Made by a program: the position numbers and the translations under genes. This document shows positions 9,692 through 19,883 of a stretch of 64,000 nt of DNA, piece by piece (position 1 is the stretch's first letter; each line of letters opens with the position of its first letter). The DNA is from a bacterium BMS3Bbin09 (GTDB taxonomy: Bacteria > Nitrospirota > Thermodesulfovibrionia > UBA6902). The stretch is taken from NCBI GenBank assembly GCA_002897915.1, contig BDTS01000055.1, positions 23,479 through 87,478 on the forward strand, in the 5' to 3' direction. The notes under the pieces were generated by a model. It was not told the DNA's origin. It searched no databases and worked only from the letters and a program-made list of their open reading frames with translations.

Positions 9692-10687
9692 CTACTTCTT
9701 GAAATTATATGCTTCGAGTATTTTAGCTTCTATCTCCTGGGCGGTCTCAGGGTTTTCCTTTAAATACTCTTTGGCTTTCTCTCGTCCCTGGCCTATGCGG
9801 GTCCCGCTGTATGAGTACCATGCACCAGCCCTGTCGACAATATCCTTCACGAGTCCAAGGTCGATAAGTTCGCCAACTTTGGAGATGCCTTCGTTAAAGT
9901 ATATGTCGAACTCTGCCTGCTTAAATGGCGGTGCTACCTTGTTTTTTACCACCTTCACCCTTACCCTGTTGCCGATCGCTTCCGTAGCGGACTTGAGCTG
10001 TTCAATCCTCCTGATATCGAGCCGGACGGACGAATAGAACTTGAGGGCATTGCCGCCTGTAGTCGTCTCGGGACTGCCGAACATAACACCTATTTTCATC
10101 CTGATCTGGTTTATAAATACGATCGTGGCCCCGCCCTTTGAGATGGCCGCGGTAAGTTTCCTCATGGCCTGGCTCATGAGCCTTGCATGAAGTCCGGGAA
10201 GGCTGTCGCCCATCTCGCCCTCGATCTCGGCCCTTGGAACGAGCGCCGCGACAGAGTCAATAACTATAATATCAAGCGCCCCGCTCCGCACCAGTGTCTC
10301 GGTGACTTCCAGCGCCTGTTCACCCGTGTCGGGCTGGCTGACCAGGAGGTCATCTACATTCACGCCGAGTTTTTGAGCGTAACTAATATCAAGCGCGTGC
10401 TCCGCATCGATAAAGGCCGCTGCCCCGCCCGCTTTCTGAGCCTGTGCAACCGCGCTAAGAGCAAGCGTTGTCTTACCTGACGATTCCGGGCCATAGATCT
10501 CGACAACCCGTCCTTTAGGAAAACCGCCTACACCAAGCGCCGCGTCAAGGCCGATCGAACCGGTTGAGATCGCGGCGATCTCAACAATTCCTTCAGAACC
10601 AAGCCGCATTATCGCACCTTTACCGAACTGTTTTTCTATCTGGGATATAGCTACCTCAAGGGCCTTTGAACGATCTTTATCTGCCAT
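9692..10687 (-). CDS. recA: Recombinase RecA
   Basis: It has the Walker A motif (GPESSGKTT) and the L1/L2 loops (canonical RecA). Confidence 0.97.
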   Translation of the reverse strand: MADKDRSKALEVAISQIEKQFGKGAIMRLGSEGIVEIAAISTGSIGLDAALGVGGFPKGRVVEIYGPESSGKTTLALSAVAQAQKAGGAAAFIDAEHALDISYAQKLGVNVDDLLVSQPDTGEQALEVTETLVRSGALDIIVIDSVAALVPRAEIEGEMGDSLPGLHARLMSQAMRKLTAAISKGGATIVFINQIRMKIGVMFGSPETTTGGNALKFYSSVRLDIRRIEQLKSATEAIGNRVRVKVVKNKVAPPFKQAEFDIYFNEGISKVGELIDLGLVKDIVDRAGAWYSYSGTRIGQGREKAKEYLKENPETAQEIEAKILEAYNFKK

Positions 10688-10777
10688 ACTGTTTCCTCCC
10701 GATCAAATGAAATTATAAAATTTGCTGAAAATAGGATAACACAGCAGGTTCTAAATGTGTGGTGTCATTTCTTACAG

Positions 10778-11188
10778 TTAACCCAGTTTCGGCACGATAA
10801 TATATATCCATAACTGGATGCATATATTGGCGTAGATCCCTGCCATAACATCGTCCATCATGACCCCGGCCCCGCCCGGAACGGCCTTCTCGATCCAGCG
10901 GACAGGAGGAGGTTTGAATATGTCGAATAACCTGAACAATACAAAGGCCGCAAAGAGATACCCGATGGTCTTCGGAATAAAAATTACAGATATCAGATAA
11001 CCACAAAACTCATCGATCACGATATGGCCGCTGTCCTTGCCAAGGGACCTTTCCGCCTCGTCCGATGTCCAGGTCCCCAGTGAAAAGAGAAGTAGTATGA
11101 ATATCAGAAGTTTTATGTCACCGAGGGGCAGAAGCGTTATAAAAAAAAGCGCAAACAGGGAACCGAAGGTCCCGGGGGCCTTGGGCAA
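10778..11188 (-). CDS. pgpA: Phosphatidylglycerophosphatase A
   Basis: PgpA-family signature (APGTFGSL) with a membrane-associated C-terminus, 136 aa. Confidence 0.7.
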   Translation of the reverse strand: MPKAPGTFGSLFALFFITLLPLGDIKLLIFILLLFSLGTWTSDEAERSLGKDSGHIVIDEFCGYLISVIFIPKTIGYLFAAFVLFRLFDIFKPPPVRWIEKAVPGGAGVMMDDVMAGIYANICIQLWIYIIVPKLG

Positions 11189-11249
11189 ATAGCCGATAAA
11201 ACCGAGCGTCGCGATATGTCTGGAAAGTTTACTAATAATATATCCTCAA

Positions 11250-11666
11250 TTATTCCTGTACGATCTTATATGAAAAGGTCATATTCGTCCCCTTTGCCAG
11301 GGTCATGCCGACCAGACAGTACTTCTCCCTAGAAAGGTCTATGGCACGCTTGACTGCCTCCTCTGAAATGTCCCTGCCGGTAATAACATACTCGACATGG
11401 ATATCTGTAAAAGTACGCGGTTGGATGTCAGGGACCTCTCCTGTCACGTTCATCTCGAATCCGGTGACGTCCTGTTTCTTCTTCCTGAGTATCGAGATAA
11501 CATCCATCCCGGTACAGCCGCCAAGACCCATAAGTACCAACTCGGACGGCTTTGCAGCGGTATTCTTTCCGCCCACGGAAACGGGTGCATCCATCACGAC
11601 CGCGTGACCTGAATCAGCAGTAGCGATAAACTGCATATCTTTAATTAATTTAACATTGCTTTTCAT
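11250..11666 (-). CDS. OsmC/Ohr-family peroxiredoxin-like protein
   Basis: 138 aa with the OsmC fold pattern (VLMGLGGCTGMDV with conserved Cys; EKYCLVGMTL). Confidence 0.7.
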   Translation of the reverse strand: MKSNVKLIKDMQFIATADSGHAVVMDAPVSVGGKNTAAKPSELVLMGLGGCTGMDVISILRKKKQDVTGFEMNVTGEVPDIQPRTFTDIHVEYVITGRDISEEAVKRAIDLSREKYCLVGMTLAKGTNMTFSYKIVQE

Positions 11667-11741
11667 TATAATTAACCTCCTGAGATTTGCTCATATTATT
11701 GTTTACTAACTGCCTTAAATGCAAGAAATTATCTTTTTTTT

Positions 11742-11786
11742 GTCAATCATTGACCTCTTTCAATAACTCTTTTATCGTGGTACAAT
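11742..11786 (+). promoter_or_regulatory. Perfect 6-1-6 palindrome GTCAATCATTGAC (11742-11754) followed by an extended -10 TGgTACAAT (11778-11786) in the divergent OsmC / galU-lon intergenic region
   Basis: Read directly from the sequence. The palindrome may be an operator. The -10 element lies 54 nt upstream of the galU ATG. Confidence 0.4.
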
Positions 11787-11839
11787 ATGAAACATTTTGT
11801 TCCCTTGTATTCTTAATTTATTGCCTCAAAGGAGAATTA

Positions 11840-12721
11840 ATGATCAAGAAAGTAAGGAAGGCCGTATTTCCAGCAGCAGGACTCGGCACCAGGTTTTTGC
11901 CCGCCACAAAGGCCTCCCCAAAAGAGATGCTGCCTATTGTTGACAAGCCGATGATCCAGTATGCGGTTGAAGAGGCCGAAGCATGCAATATTAAAGAGTT
12001 CATTGTGATCACCGGTAAATCAAAACGGGCAATAGAAGACCATTTTGATCATGCATTCGAACTTGAGCATACCCTGAAAAGAAAAGGCAAGGAGGCAATA
12101 CTTAAGGAGATCCAGCGTCTATCCAAGCACCAGTTCGCGTATATTCGCCAGGGGGCCCCTCTCGGGCTCGGCCACGCGATACTATGTTCAAAAGCCTTTG
12201 TAAATGATGAGCCTTTTGCTGTAATATTGAGCGACGACATAATAGACCCTGACGATAACCTTTTAGGTGAAATGATAAAGATATCTAACAAATACCAGGC
12301 AACTGTCCTTGCGCTCCAAAGGATCCCGAAATCAGAGATACATCGTTACGGGGTAATAGCAGGCAAGGAAATAGATAAAAACATATATAAAATATCCGAT
12401 ATGGTAGAGAAACCAAAGGCATCAGACGCACCGTCCGACCTTGCAATAATTGGCAGATACATACTTACGCCGGACATATTCAACATACTCGAAAAGACCT
12501 TGCCCGGAAAAGGCGGTGAGATACAGCTGACCGATGCATTAAAGACCCAGTTAAAGCGGAAACCCGTCTACGGCTATCTTTTTGAAGGCAGACGGTACGA
12601 CGGCGGTGACAAGGTCGGTTATCTAAAGGCTACTGTAGAACTTGCCCTTAAGAACCCTTCCCTCAAGGATGAGTTCAGAGAATATCTTGAATCAGTAATG
12701 AAAAGGAGCAATAATGGCTGA
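11840..12721 (+). CDS. galU: UTP--glucose-1-phosphate uridylyltransferase
   Basis: Start taken at the internal Met ([25 protein letters not shown]...), which carries the GalU N-terminal signature; the longer ORF from 11687 is unlikely. Confidence 0.85.
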   Translation: MIKKVRKAVFPAAGLGTRFLPATKASPKEMLPIVDKPMIQYAVEEAEACNIKEFIVITGKSKRAIEDHFDHAFELEHTLKRKGKEAILKEIQRLSKHQFAYIRQGAPLGLGHAILCSKAFVNDEPFAVILSDDIIDPDDNLLGEMIKISNKYQATVLALQRIPKSEIHRYGVIAGKEIDKNIYKISDMVEKPKASDAPSDLAIIGRYILTPDIFNILEKTLPGKGGEIQLTDALKTQLKRKPVYGYLFEGRRYDGGDKVGYLKATVELALKNPSLKDEFREYLESVMKRSNNG

Positions 12722-15179
12722 AATAGATACATTAGAAGATCGTGAAATAGAGATCCCTGCATCACTTCCGATCCTTCCTGTGAGGGACGTTGTCATATTT
12801 CCGTATATGATACTTCCCCTTTTTGTAGGAAGAGACATGTCGATCAAGGCGATCGAACACGCGGCCGGTGATAACAAACTGATCCTTCTCGTTTCACAAA
12901 AAGATATTAACGTAGAGAACCCGACCAACGATGACATCTATAAAGTAGGTACCGTTGGGACTATACTAAGAATGCTCAAACTCCCTGACGGGCGGCTGAA
13001 GATACTCGTACAGGGTCTTACAAAGGCAATGGTCACCAAGTTTTCACAGTCGGAACCATATTACATTGGAGAGATAGAAAAGATAGTGGACAGTGAAGAG
13101 ATAGACACGAGCATAGAGATCGAGGCCCTGATGCGGAACGTCAAGGAGCTTGTCGATAAATCTCTGGCGCTCGGGAAATCATTTCTGCCCGACATCATAG
13201 TGCTTATAGAAAATATCGAAGAACCGGGAAGACTCGCTGACCTGGTAGCATCGAATCTCGGGCTAAAAGCAGAACAGGCTCAGGAACTGCTCGAGGAGAG
13301 GGACCCATACGAAAGACTGAAGAAAATAAGCGATATACTTAGCCGGGAGGTCGAGCTGCTTCTGGTGCAGCAAAAGATACAGTCCGACGTTAAGGGCGAA
13401 ATAGACAAGACCCAGCGTGAGTACTTCCTCAGAGAACAATTGAAGGCGATCCAGAAAGAGCTCGGTGAGATAGACGAAAAGACCGAGGAGATCATGGACC
13501 TGCGTAAAAAAATAGAAAAGGTAAAGATGCCCGAAAAGGTCGAAAAAGAGGCGATCAAACAGATCAACCGCCTCGAAAAAATGCATCCTGACAGCGCTGA
13601 AGCTGGAACGATCAGGACATATGTAGACTGGCTGATAGAGTTACCGTGGTCAAAAAGCACCAAGGATAAACTGGACATAAAACGGGCCAAGAAGATACTT
13701 GACGAAGACCATTACGACCTCGAGAAGGTAAAAGAGCGTATCCTTGAATATCTCGGCGTAAGAAAGCTTAAAGACAAGATGAAGGGCCCCATCCTCTGCT
13801 TTGTGGGCCCCCCCGGCGTAGGCAAGACCTCGCTCGGGAAGTCCATTGCCAGGGCAATGGGAAGGGAGTTCTACAGAATGTCCCTCGGCGGAATGAGAGA
13901 CGAGGCCGAGATCAGAGGGCATAGAAGAACATATGTCGGCGCAATGCCCGGCAGGGTCATTCAGGGTATCAAGACATCTGGACAGAATAATCCGGTCTTT
14001 ATGCTTGACGAGGTGGACAAGATAGGTATGGACTTCAGGGGCGACCCCGCATCTGCCCTGCTCGAGGTGCTCGATCCGGAACAGAACTTTGCATTCGGGG
14101 ACCACTATCTGGGTGTTCCTTTTGACCTGAGCAATGTTATGTTCATAACAACCGCGAATCAGATGGACCCGATCCCCAGTCCCCTGAGGGACAGGATGGA
14201 AGTACTTTACCTCTCCGGTTACACAGCTGAAGAAAAGATCGGGATAGCAAAGAACTTTCTGATCCCGAAACAGCTGGATGAACACGGTATCACCGAAAAG
14301 AACATAAAGATAAACGACAACGCCCTGCTGCAGGTCATAACCAATTACACGATCGAGGCGGGCGTAAGAAACCTCGAGCGTGAGATAGCGCATCTCTGCC
14401 GCAAGGTAGCGAGAAAAACAGCCGAGGGTCATGTCAGAAAATATGTGATCGCGGAGAAAAATCTTTCGAAATATCTCGGAGTACCAAAATTCCTTCCCGA
14501 GGAAGAGATAAAGAAAGACGAGGTAGGACTCTCGACCGGTCTCGCATGGACAGAAGCAGGCGGAGACATTATTTATATCGAAGCTACAATAATGAAGGGC
14601 AAAGGCGGGCTGACCCTCACGGGACAGCTTGGAGATGTGATGCAAGAGTCCGCGCACGCGGCCAGAAGTTATATCCGCTCCAAGGCCAAGTTCCTCGGCA
14701 TAAGCAACTCCATGTTCTCAAACAATGATATACATATACACGTCCCTGCCGGAGCGATCCCAAAAGACGGTCCCTCAGCCGGCATTACCATAGCCACCGC
14801 CCTGGCCTCCGCCTTTTCAGGCAAGCCTGTTCGGAAAAGCATAGCCATGACCGGAGAGGTCACGCTGCGCGGGAACGTGCTGCCGATAGGAGGGCTGAAA
14901 GAAAAGACCCTTGCGGCAAAGAGAATGGGCATTAAGACGGTGATCATCCCGAAGAGAAATGAGAAGGATCTTGAAGACATTCCAAAATATATCAAGAAGG
15001 ATATGCAGTTCATACCGGTTGAGACCATGGACGAGGTACTTAAGTATGCCCTTAAGACCCCGTCCAAAGCTAAGACAAAGACTAAAGCCAAGGCAAAGCC
15101 AAAGACCAAAGCCAAAGCAAAACCTAAAGCTAAAACAAAGGCTAAACCAAAAGCTAAGGTCAAGAAGAAAAAGAAATAA
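12714..15179 (+). CDS. lon: ATP-dependent Lon protease (LonA) with a ~40-aa C-terminal K/A/P/T-repeat basic tail
   Basis: It has the LonA N-domain, a AAA+ module (GPPGVGKTS) and an S16 Ser-Lys protease domain (DGPSAGIT). The C-terminus ends with [37 protein letters not shown] (nt ~15060-15176). The ATG overlaps the galU stop (ATGGCTGA). Confidence 0.95.
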   Translation: MAEIDTLEDREIEIPASLPILPVRDVVIFPYMILPLFVGRDMSIKAIEHAAGDNKLILLVSQKDINVENPTNDDIYKVGTVGTILRMLKLPDGRLKILVQGLTKAMVTKFSQSEPYYIGEIEKIVDSEEIDTSIEIEALMRNVKELVDKSLALGKSFLPDIIVLIENIEEPGRLADLVASNLGLKAEQAQELLEERDPYERLKKISDILSREVELLLVQQKIQSDVKGEIDKTQREYFLREQLKAIQKELGEIDEKTEEIMDLRKKIEKVKMPEKVEKEAIKQINRLEKMHPDSAEAGTIRTYVDWLIELPWSKSTKDKLDIKRAKKILDEDHYDLEKVKERILEYLGVRKLKDKMKGPILCFVGPPGVGKTSLGKSIARAMGREFYRMSLGGMRDEAEIRGHRRTYVGAMPGRVIQGIKTSGQNNPVFMLDEVDKIGMDFRGDPASALLEVLDPEQNFAFGDHYLGVPFDLSNVMFITTANQMDPIPSPLRDRMEVLYLSGYTAEEKIGIAKNFLIPKQLDEHGITEKNIKINDNALLQVITNYTIEAGVRNLEREIAHLCRKVARKTAEGHVRKYVIAEKNLSKYLGVPKFLPEEEIKKDEVGLSTGLAWTEAGGDIIYIEATIMKGKGGLTLTGQLGDVMQESAHAARSYIRSKAKFLGISNSMFSNNDIHIHVPAGAIPKDGPSAGITIATALASAFSGKPVRKSIAMTGEVTLRGNVLPIGGLKEKTLAAKRMGIKTVIIPKRNEKDLEDIPKYIKKDMQFIPVETMDEVLKYALKTPSKAKTKTKAKAKPKTKAKAKPKAKTKAKPKAKVKKKKK

Positions 15180-15189
15180 TTATATGTAA

Positions 15190-15209
15190 GGGCACGGCAT
15201 GCCGTGCCC
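15190..15209 (+). terminator. Perfect 20-bp GC-rich palindrome GGGCACGGCATGCCGTGCCC downstream of lon (a hairpin with no U-tract)
   Basis: It is self-complementary with a 9-bp stem and 2-nt loop. This is copy 1 of a repeated element (see the copy at 36332-36362). Confidence 0.4.
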
Positions 15210-15240
15210 CTACTCTCTTTGTCCCCTATCTCCAAACATT

Positions 15241-16200
15241 ATGCAACTTTCAAAAATTGGTGAGTTCGGCCTAATAAAAAATATCCGGACCAGATGCAAA
15301 AATTCTTCACCGGATATTCTCACCGGTATAGGTGATGACGCTGCCGCAGTTAAAACCATCCGTGGCAAGGGCCTTTTCACATCAGATATCCTGATCGAAG
15401 GCACGCATTTCGACCTTTCACTGACAACGTTCTATCAACTCGGATGGAAGTTCCTTGCGATAAATATCAGCGATATCTTCGCAATGGGCGGAAGGCCCGA
15501 TTATTTCATCGCGGGTCTGGGCATTCCCTCTGCATGCAGGTCCCGTGACATAGACGAACTCTATTCCGGGATACTGGATATTGCCCGGAAGTTCAACGTA
15601 AAGATCATAGGCGGGGACACCTGCTCATCCGAACGCGGACTTGTATTAAGCGGTACACTTATCGGAAGTGGAAAAAAGATAATAACACGTTCTACTGCCA
15701 GGCCTGGTGACGGTATCTTTGTAACAAAGACACTGGGCGATTCAGCCATGGGACTCGAACTATTAAAAAAGGGGGGTAAAAAAGTTCAGAGCTTCTCCAA
15801 TTTTACCCCGCGTTTAAAGCTCATAAAGCGACATCTGATGCCGGAACCTGCCTTGATCAGGAATACTTCAAGGATAACCTCCATGATCGATACAAGTGAC
15901 GGACTGTTTTTGGACCTGGGCCACATATGCGACGAGAGCCATATTGGGGCGCTGATCTACAGCGACGATGTGCCCGTGTCACCGGCGCTCGCAGCAGAGG
16001 CAAAAACAGCGGGAAAGGACCCGCTCGAATTCGCGTTAAAAGGCGGAGAAGATTATGCCCTGCTTTTCACGGCTCCGAAGAATATCAGGACAAGGGCGTT
16101 CAGAATCGGAGAAATGATCGAAAGAGGCCTTTACATAATAGATTCCGATGGTAAGAAAAAACCCTTCAAGGCGGAAGGGTACGAGCATTTCAAAAAATAA
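15241..16200 (+). CDS. thiL: Thiamine-monophosphate kinase (AIR-synthase-related / PurM-like fold)
   Basis: The N-terminus matches ThiL (GEFGLIKNI ... GIGDDAAAV) with a PurM-like C-domain. The start is set at the internal ATG (MQLSKIGEF) downstream of the palindrome. Confidence 0.6.
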   Translation: MQLSKIGEFGLIKNIRTRCKNSSPDILTGIGDDAAAVKTIRGKGLFTSDILIEGTHFDLSLTTFYQLGWKFLAINISDIFAMGGRPDYFIAGLGIPSACRSRDIDELYSGILDIARKFNVKIIGGDTCSSERGLVLSGTLIGSGKKIITRSTARPGDGIFVTKTLGDSAMGLELLKKGGKKVQSFSNFTPRLKLIKRHLMPEPALIRNTSRITSMIDTSDGLFLDLGHICDESHIGALIYSDDVPVSPALAAEAKTAGKDPLEFALKGGEDYALLFTAPKNIRTRAFRIGEMIERGLYIIDSDGKKKPFKAEGYEHFKK

Positions 16201-16206
16201 ATTTCA

Positions 16207-16312
16207 AATGTCAAAGCTCAAATATCAAATAAATACAAAACTCCAAACTTAACCATTCTAACATTTAGTCATTTGACATTCATTTGTAATTTGGATTTTG
16301 TCATTTGACATT
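16207..16312. promoter_or_regulatory. Array of three TTTGACAT(T) motifs: inverted at 16207-16215 and direct GTCATTTGACATT copies at 16268-16280 and 16300-16312
   Basis: An exact 13-bp direct repeat spaced 32 bp apart, plus an inverted copy, in the 120-bp AT-rich region upstream of the DUF2062 and M50 genes. Confidence 0.4.
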
Positions 16313-16322
16313 TTAACAAGCT

Positions 16323-16808
16323 ATGGCTTATTTCAGAGATAAATTCAGGGCGATATTCCAGGTCAATGAGCCGCCCCACCGCATTGCCCTCGCCTTTGCC
16401 ATGGGGGTATTCATGGGGATATCGCCGCTACTCGGCCTCCATTATATCGGCGCGGTCTTACTTGCAATGCTGTTCCGCCTAAATAAGATAGTTTCCATAA
16501 TCGGGGTCAGTGTCAATAATCCGTGGACCATCGTCCCCCTATCCACTTTTTGTGTATGGTTCGGTGCGAAGCTGCTCAGGATCAAACAGGTGCTCCCTGT
16601 AGTGGACTGGGAAAACATATCACTTTCAAGTATTGCAATGAAATTCACAGACTTTGAAAAACTAATGCATATGATAAGAGACTTATGGCCTTTGCTATCA
16701 GCCTTTTTTGTCGGTTCCTTTATCATCTGTACCATTTCCTCAATAGCGAGTTATTTTATTATTCTAAGGCTGGCAGGCAGGTACCGGAAGATCCATGAAG
16801 TATCATAA
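16323..16808 (+). CDS. DUF2062-family small membrane protein
   Basis: 161 aa with 3-4 TM helices and a DUF2062-like conserved core (GVFMGISPLLGLHY). Confidence 0.5.
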   Translation: MAYFRDKFRAIFQVNEPPHRIALAFAMGVFMGISPLLGLHYIGAVLLAMLFRLNKIVSIIGVSVNNPWTIVPLSTFCVWFGAKLLRIKQVLPVVDWENISLSSIAMKFTDFEKLMHMIRDLWPLLSAFFVGSFIICTISSIASYFIILRLAGRYRKIHEVS

Positions 16809-17640
16809 AATAACCCGAATTCATATTCTGCTTTTCATCCTGACATTCCTCACAACCCTGTTTGCGGGATGTATCCAGGTCGGTGTGGTCCCATGGCTGA
16901 ACCCGAAAATGATATACAAGGGACTGCCTTTCTCCCTGACGCTACTTCTTATTTTAATGACTCATGAACTTTCGCATTATTATTTTTCGCGCAGGCACAA
17001 AGTGCCCGCGACCCTTCCGTACTTTATTCCAGCCCCTTCATTAATAGGAACGTTCGGCGCTGTGATCAAGATGCAGCCCCCGATCCCGGACAGGCGGGCG
17101 CTTATTGATATTGGGGCATCCGGCCCCATAGGAGGATTTATTGTCGCGGTCATCGCGGTCATTATAGGACTCAACTATTCAAACATAATGCCGCTTCAAG
17201 GTATACCGGAACATCAAATAGGGATATCTTTCGGTGAATCCCTGCTCTTCACCTTCCTTTCCAAGCTGGTCCTGAATATTGACCCCGACAAATATGCCGT
17301 GATCCTGCACCCTGTCGCTTTTGCCGGATGGGTAGGCCTCTTTGTGACCTCTCTCAACCTGCTTCCGATAGGACAGCTCGACGGTGGGCACATTATGTAT
17401 GCATGCTTCGGCGAAAAACATACCCTTATATCAAGAATCATGATCCCGGTCATGATCCTTATGGGCTTTTATTATAAGCCCTGGATAGTGCTTGTTATTG
17501 TTATGTTTTTCATAGGTTACCGCCATCCGCCGGTAGTCTATCCCTGGATCGAACTGGACAGGAAGAGGAAAATAACAGGATGGGTTTCCCTCTGTATTTT
17601 TATTTTAACCTTCACCCCGATACCCATTAAGGGCATATAA
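16795..17640 (+). CDS. Site-2 protease (peptidase M50) family membrane metalloprotease
   Basis: It has the HExxH motif (HELSH) in a TM helix and the downstream LDGGH motif (GQLDGGHIMY), and is polytopic. It overlaps the upstream gene by 14 nt. Confidence 0.65.
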   Translation: MKYHKITRIHILLFILTFLTTLFAGCIQVGVVPWLNPKMIYKGLPFSLTLLLILMTHELSHYYFSRRHKVPATLPYFIPAPSLIGTFGAVIKMQPPIPDRRALIDIGASGPIGGFIVAVIAVIIGLNYSNIMPLQGIPEHQIGISFGESLLFTFLSKLVLNIDPDKYAVILHPVAFAGWVGLFVTSLNLLPIGQLDGGHIMYACFGEKHTLISRIMIPVMILMGFYYKPWIVLVIVMFFIGYRHPPVVYPWIELDRKRKITGWVSLCIFILTFTPIPIKGI

Positions 17641-17677
17641 CAACCTAAAAACAGGTAGTTATCCCGACACGGGTAGT

Positions 17678-17821
17678 TCACTCTTTGTCCTTCAATAAGT
17701 CCTCAATATCTGACAGTCTTTCTTCTATGCCTTTCTGTTTTTTTGCGTTTACAAATAGGTACAGGGAAACTCCCAGCCATGCGATTGTGTAGGCCCCGAC
17801 AAGGTAACTCCAGTTTTCCAT
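17678..17821 (-). CDS. ccmD: Heme exporter protein CcmD
   Basis: A 47-aa single-TM peptide (MENWSYLVGAYTIAWLGVSLYLF...) immediately after ccmC. The longer ORF upstream of this Met is unlikely. Confidence 0.6.
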   Translation of the reverse strand: MENWSYLVGAYTIAWLGVSLYLFVNAKKQKGIEERLSDIEDLLKDKE

Positions 17822-17823
17822 TA

Positions 17824-18498
17824 TTAATCCTCCATCCTTTTCTTCACTATCTCTAACCTTTCTTCTATCCTTGCCAGTCTGAATCTGAAAAGGAAAAGAA
17901 AGATTGTGAGTAAAATAAAAGTAGCCATACTGAAAAACATGATATTTTTCATCACAGGGTCGAGTCCGCCGCCTTCCTGTGTGAGAAGGGGATGTATGGA
18001 CTTCCACCATTTCGTTGCATACCTGACAACGGGGATATCTATGTAACCGATTATCCCCAGTACTGCCGAGTATTGAGCTTTTTTGAATTTATCGGCAATC
18101 CCGCCTCTTAAAAGAAAGTATCCGATATAGATAAACCAGAGAATGAGCACTGTCAAAAGCCTCGGGTCCCATGTCCACCAGGCATTCCAGATGGGTCTTG
18201 CCCATATGGACCCTGTTGTTAAAACAAGGGTGGACATCAGCACACCGATCTCGGCGCACGTATATGCGGCTGTGTCCCATATGAATTTCTTCTTCCACAA
18301 AAAAAGGATGCTCGACACAAACACTCCTGTAAGCGCCAGGAATGCCCCGACTGCCAGCGATATATGGAGATAGAAAATCCTCTGCACCTCCCCCATTACT
18401 TTTTCAGTCGGCGCCACCATGAATATCAGATAGAAATTCAGAGGTATCATTACCAGAAGAAACAGAAAAATAATTGTTATGCTGCGATCAGTTTTCAT
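17824..18498 (-). CDS. ccmC: Heme exporter protein CcmC
   Basis: It has the WWD domain (WNAWWTWDPRL) and a conserved His, and is polytopic. Confidence 0.9.
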   Translation of the reverse strand: MKTDRSITIIFLFLLVMIPLNFYLIFMVAPTEKVMGEVQRIFYLHISLAVGAFLALTGVFVSSILFLWKKKFIWDTAAYTCAEIGVLMSTLVLTTGSIWARPIWNAWWTWDPRLLTVLILWFIYIGYFLLRGGIADKFKKAQYSAVLGIIGYIDIPVVRYATKWWKSIHPLLTQEGGGLDPVMKNIMFFSMATFILLTIFLFLFRFRLARIEERLEIVKKRMED

Positions 18499-18504
18499 CT
18501 TTTA

Positions 18505-19182
18505 TCAGTCCTCCATTAAATACCTGAAAAGAAGTAAGGAAACAGCGAGATACAGGACATCAAATACAGCGAGCATCTGTATCCATTTCCAAGTTCCGCC
18601 TGCATTGCCATTAAGAACCATACCCATGGAAGTTACTCCTCCGAGAATGACCGGAACTACTACGGGAAGATAGAGAAAAGGCAGAAGGACTTCACCATAC
18701 TTTGAGGCGGTTGTAAGAAAAGAAAAAAGCGTGCCTACAAGAGAAAATCCGATGGTGCCCAGAACAAGAGGGACAAGCAGTTGAGGGAGCAATCCTATAA
18801 TCTTTTCAAAATCAAATAATATTACAAAAGACAGCATTGTGAAGCATTCCATTATCAGGAGAAAAAGAAAATTACTTAATGCCTTCCCTATATAGAAGCT
18901 CTCCGGAGAGGCAGGTGAAAAGACTATGCTCAGGTACGCTTCCTCATCCCTTTCAGCCATTGAAGTCCTGCCCATCCCCAAAATTCCCGAGAACGCAAAA
19001 ACCACCCACAGAATTCCGGATGCCAAAGATGAAACACTGTCTTTATCAAGATCGAGGGCAATATTAAATATTACAAGGAGAAGCAATGAGAGAAAAAGCA
19101 TAAGGCTGAGAGACTCCCTGCCCCTTAACTCCAGCAGGATGTCTTTTCTCAGGATTGCAGCGGCATTCCCCATAAATCTCAT
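18505..19182 (-). CDS. ccmB: Heme exporter permease CcmB
   Basis: A 225-aa six-TM ABC-2 type permease positioned between ccmA and ccmC. Confidence 0.8.
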   Translation of the reverse strand: MRFMGNAAAILRKDILLELRGRESLSLMLFLSLLLLVIFNIALDLDKDSVSSLASGILWVVFAFSGILGMGRTSMAERDEEAYLSIVFSPASPESFYIGKALSNFLFLLIMECFTMLSFVILFDFEKIIGLLPQLLVPLVLGTIGFSLVGTLFSFLTTASKYGEVLLPFLYLPVVVPVILGGVTSMGMVLNGNAGGTWKWIQMLAVFDVLYLAVSLLLFRYLMED

Positions 19183-19883
19183 TTTCCGGTCTCCCCCATG
19201 GAATCAAACAGTCCGTAAATCTCCTCTATCTTTACTTCCTCTTTCTTTTTAATAAACAGGAACCTCCCCTTGTGCAGAAAGGCCACACGCGTTGCAAGTT
19301 CAAAGCCCTCCTCCACGAGGTGAGTGGAGAGAATAACTGTCTTGCCCTGACTTCTTATGTCCTTTATCTTTGAAAGGATGGATGACCTCCACCTGAGATC
19401 AAGTCCAGTAAATGGCTCATCCAGAATAAAGACCTTTGGATCTGTCATAAATCCCTTTGCAAGCGCAAGTCGCCTTTTCATTCCCTGTGAAAGTTCATTG
19501 ACCGGGTCTCTCCGCCGTTCCCACAGCCCGTGCTCTTTTAAAATATTCTTTACGGATTCTCCACGGTGGTTAATTGAAAAGAGCCTGCATATAAAATCCA
19601 TGTTCTCCCCCACTGTGAGTGCATTATACAGAGATGTCTTATGCCCGAGATAAAAGACCTCTTTTTTCATTTCACTTTCAGAATATTTTTTATTGTTATA
19701 AAATGCGTTTCCTTCTGTGGGAGACATGATGCCCGATATTATTTTAAGAAGGGTGGTCTTCCCTGCGCCGTTTGGTCCGAAGACTGTAATAGAATCTCGT
19801 TCGCCGATATCTATATCGATTCCGTTCAGGGCGGTTTTTGCATGATACTGTTTCTTTAAGCCCCTTATTTCTATGAGATTCAA
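19179..19883 (-). CDS. ccmA: Heme exporter ATP-binding protein CcmA
   Basis: It has an ABC ATPase Walker A (GPNGAGKTT), signature motif and Walker B, and sits at the canonical ccm position. Confidence 0.85.
   Translation of the reverse strand: MNLIEIRGLKKQYHAKTALNGIDIDIGERDSITVFGPNGAGKTTLLKIISGIMSPTEGNAFYNNKKYSESEMKKEVFYLGHKTSLYNALTVGENMDFICRLFSINHRGESVKNILKEHGLWERRRDPVNELSQGMKRRLALAKGFMTDPKVFILDEPFTGLDLRWRSSILSKIKDIRSQGKTVILSTHLVEEGFELATRVAFLHKGRFLFIKKKEEVKIEEIYGLFDSMGETGK

Noticed and set aside
10688-10777. LexA/SOS box upstream of recA
   Set aside because: No CTGT-N8-ACAG, GAAC-N4-GTTC or other known LexA-box variant could be recognised in the recA upstream region.
13650-14657. 335-aa minus-strand ORF, plus other long antisense ORFs (13280-13690, 14669-15235)
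   Set aside because: They are embedded antisense in the well-supported lon gene. The 14669-15235 ORF is the low-complexity reverse reading of the KAKP-repeat tail.
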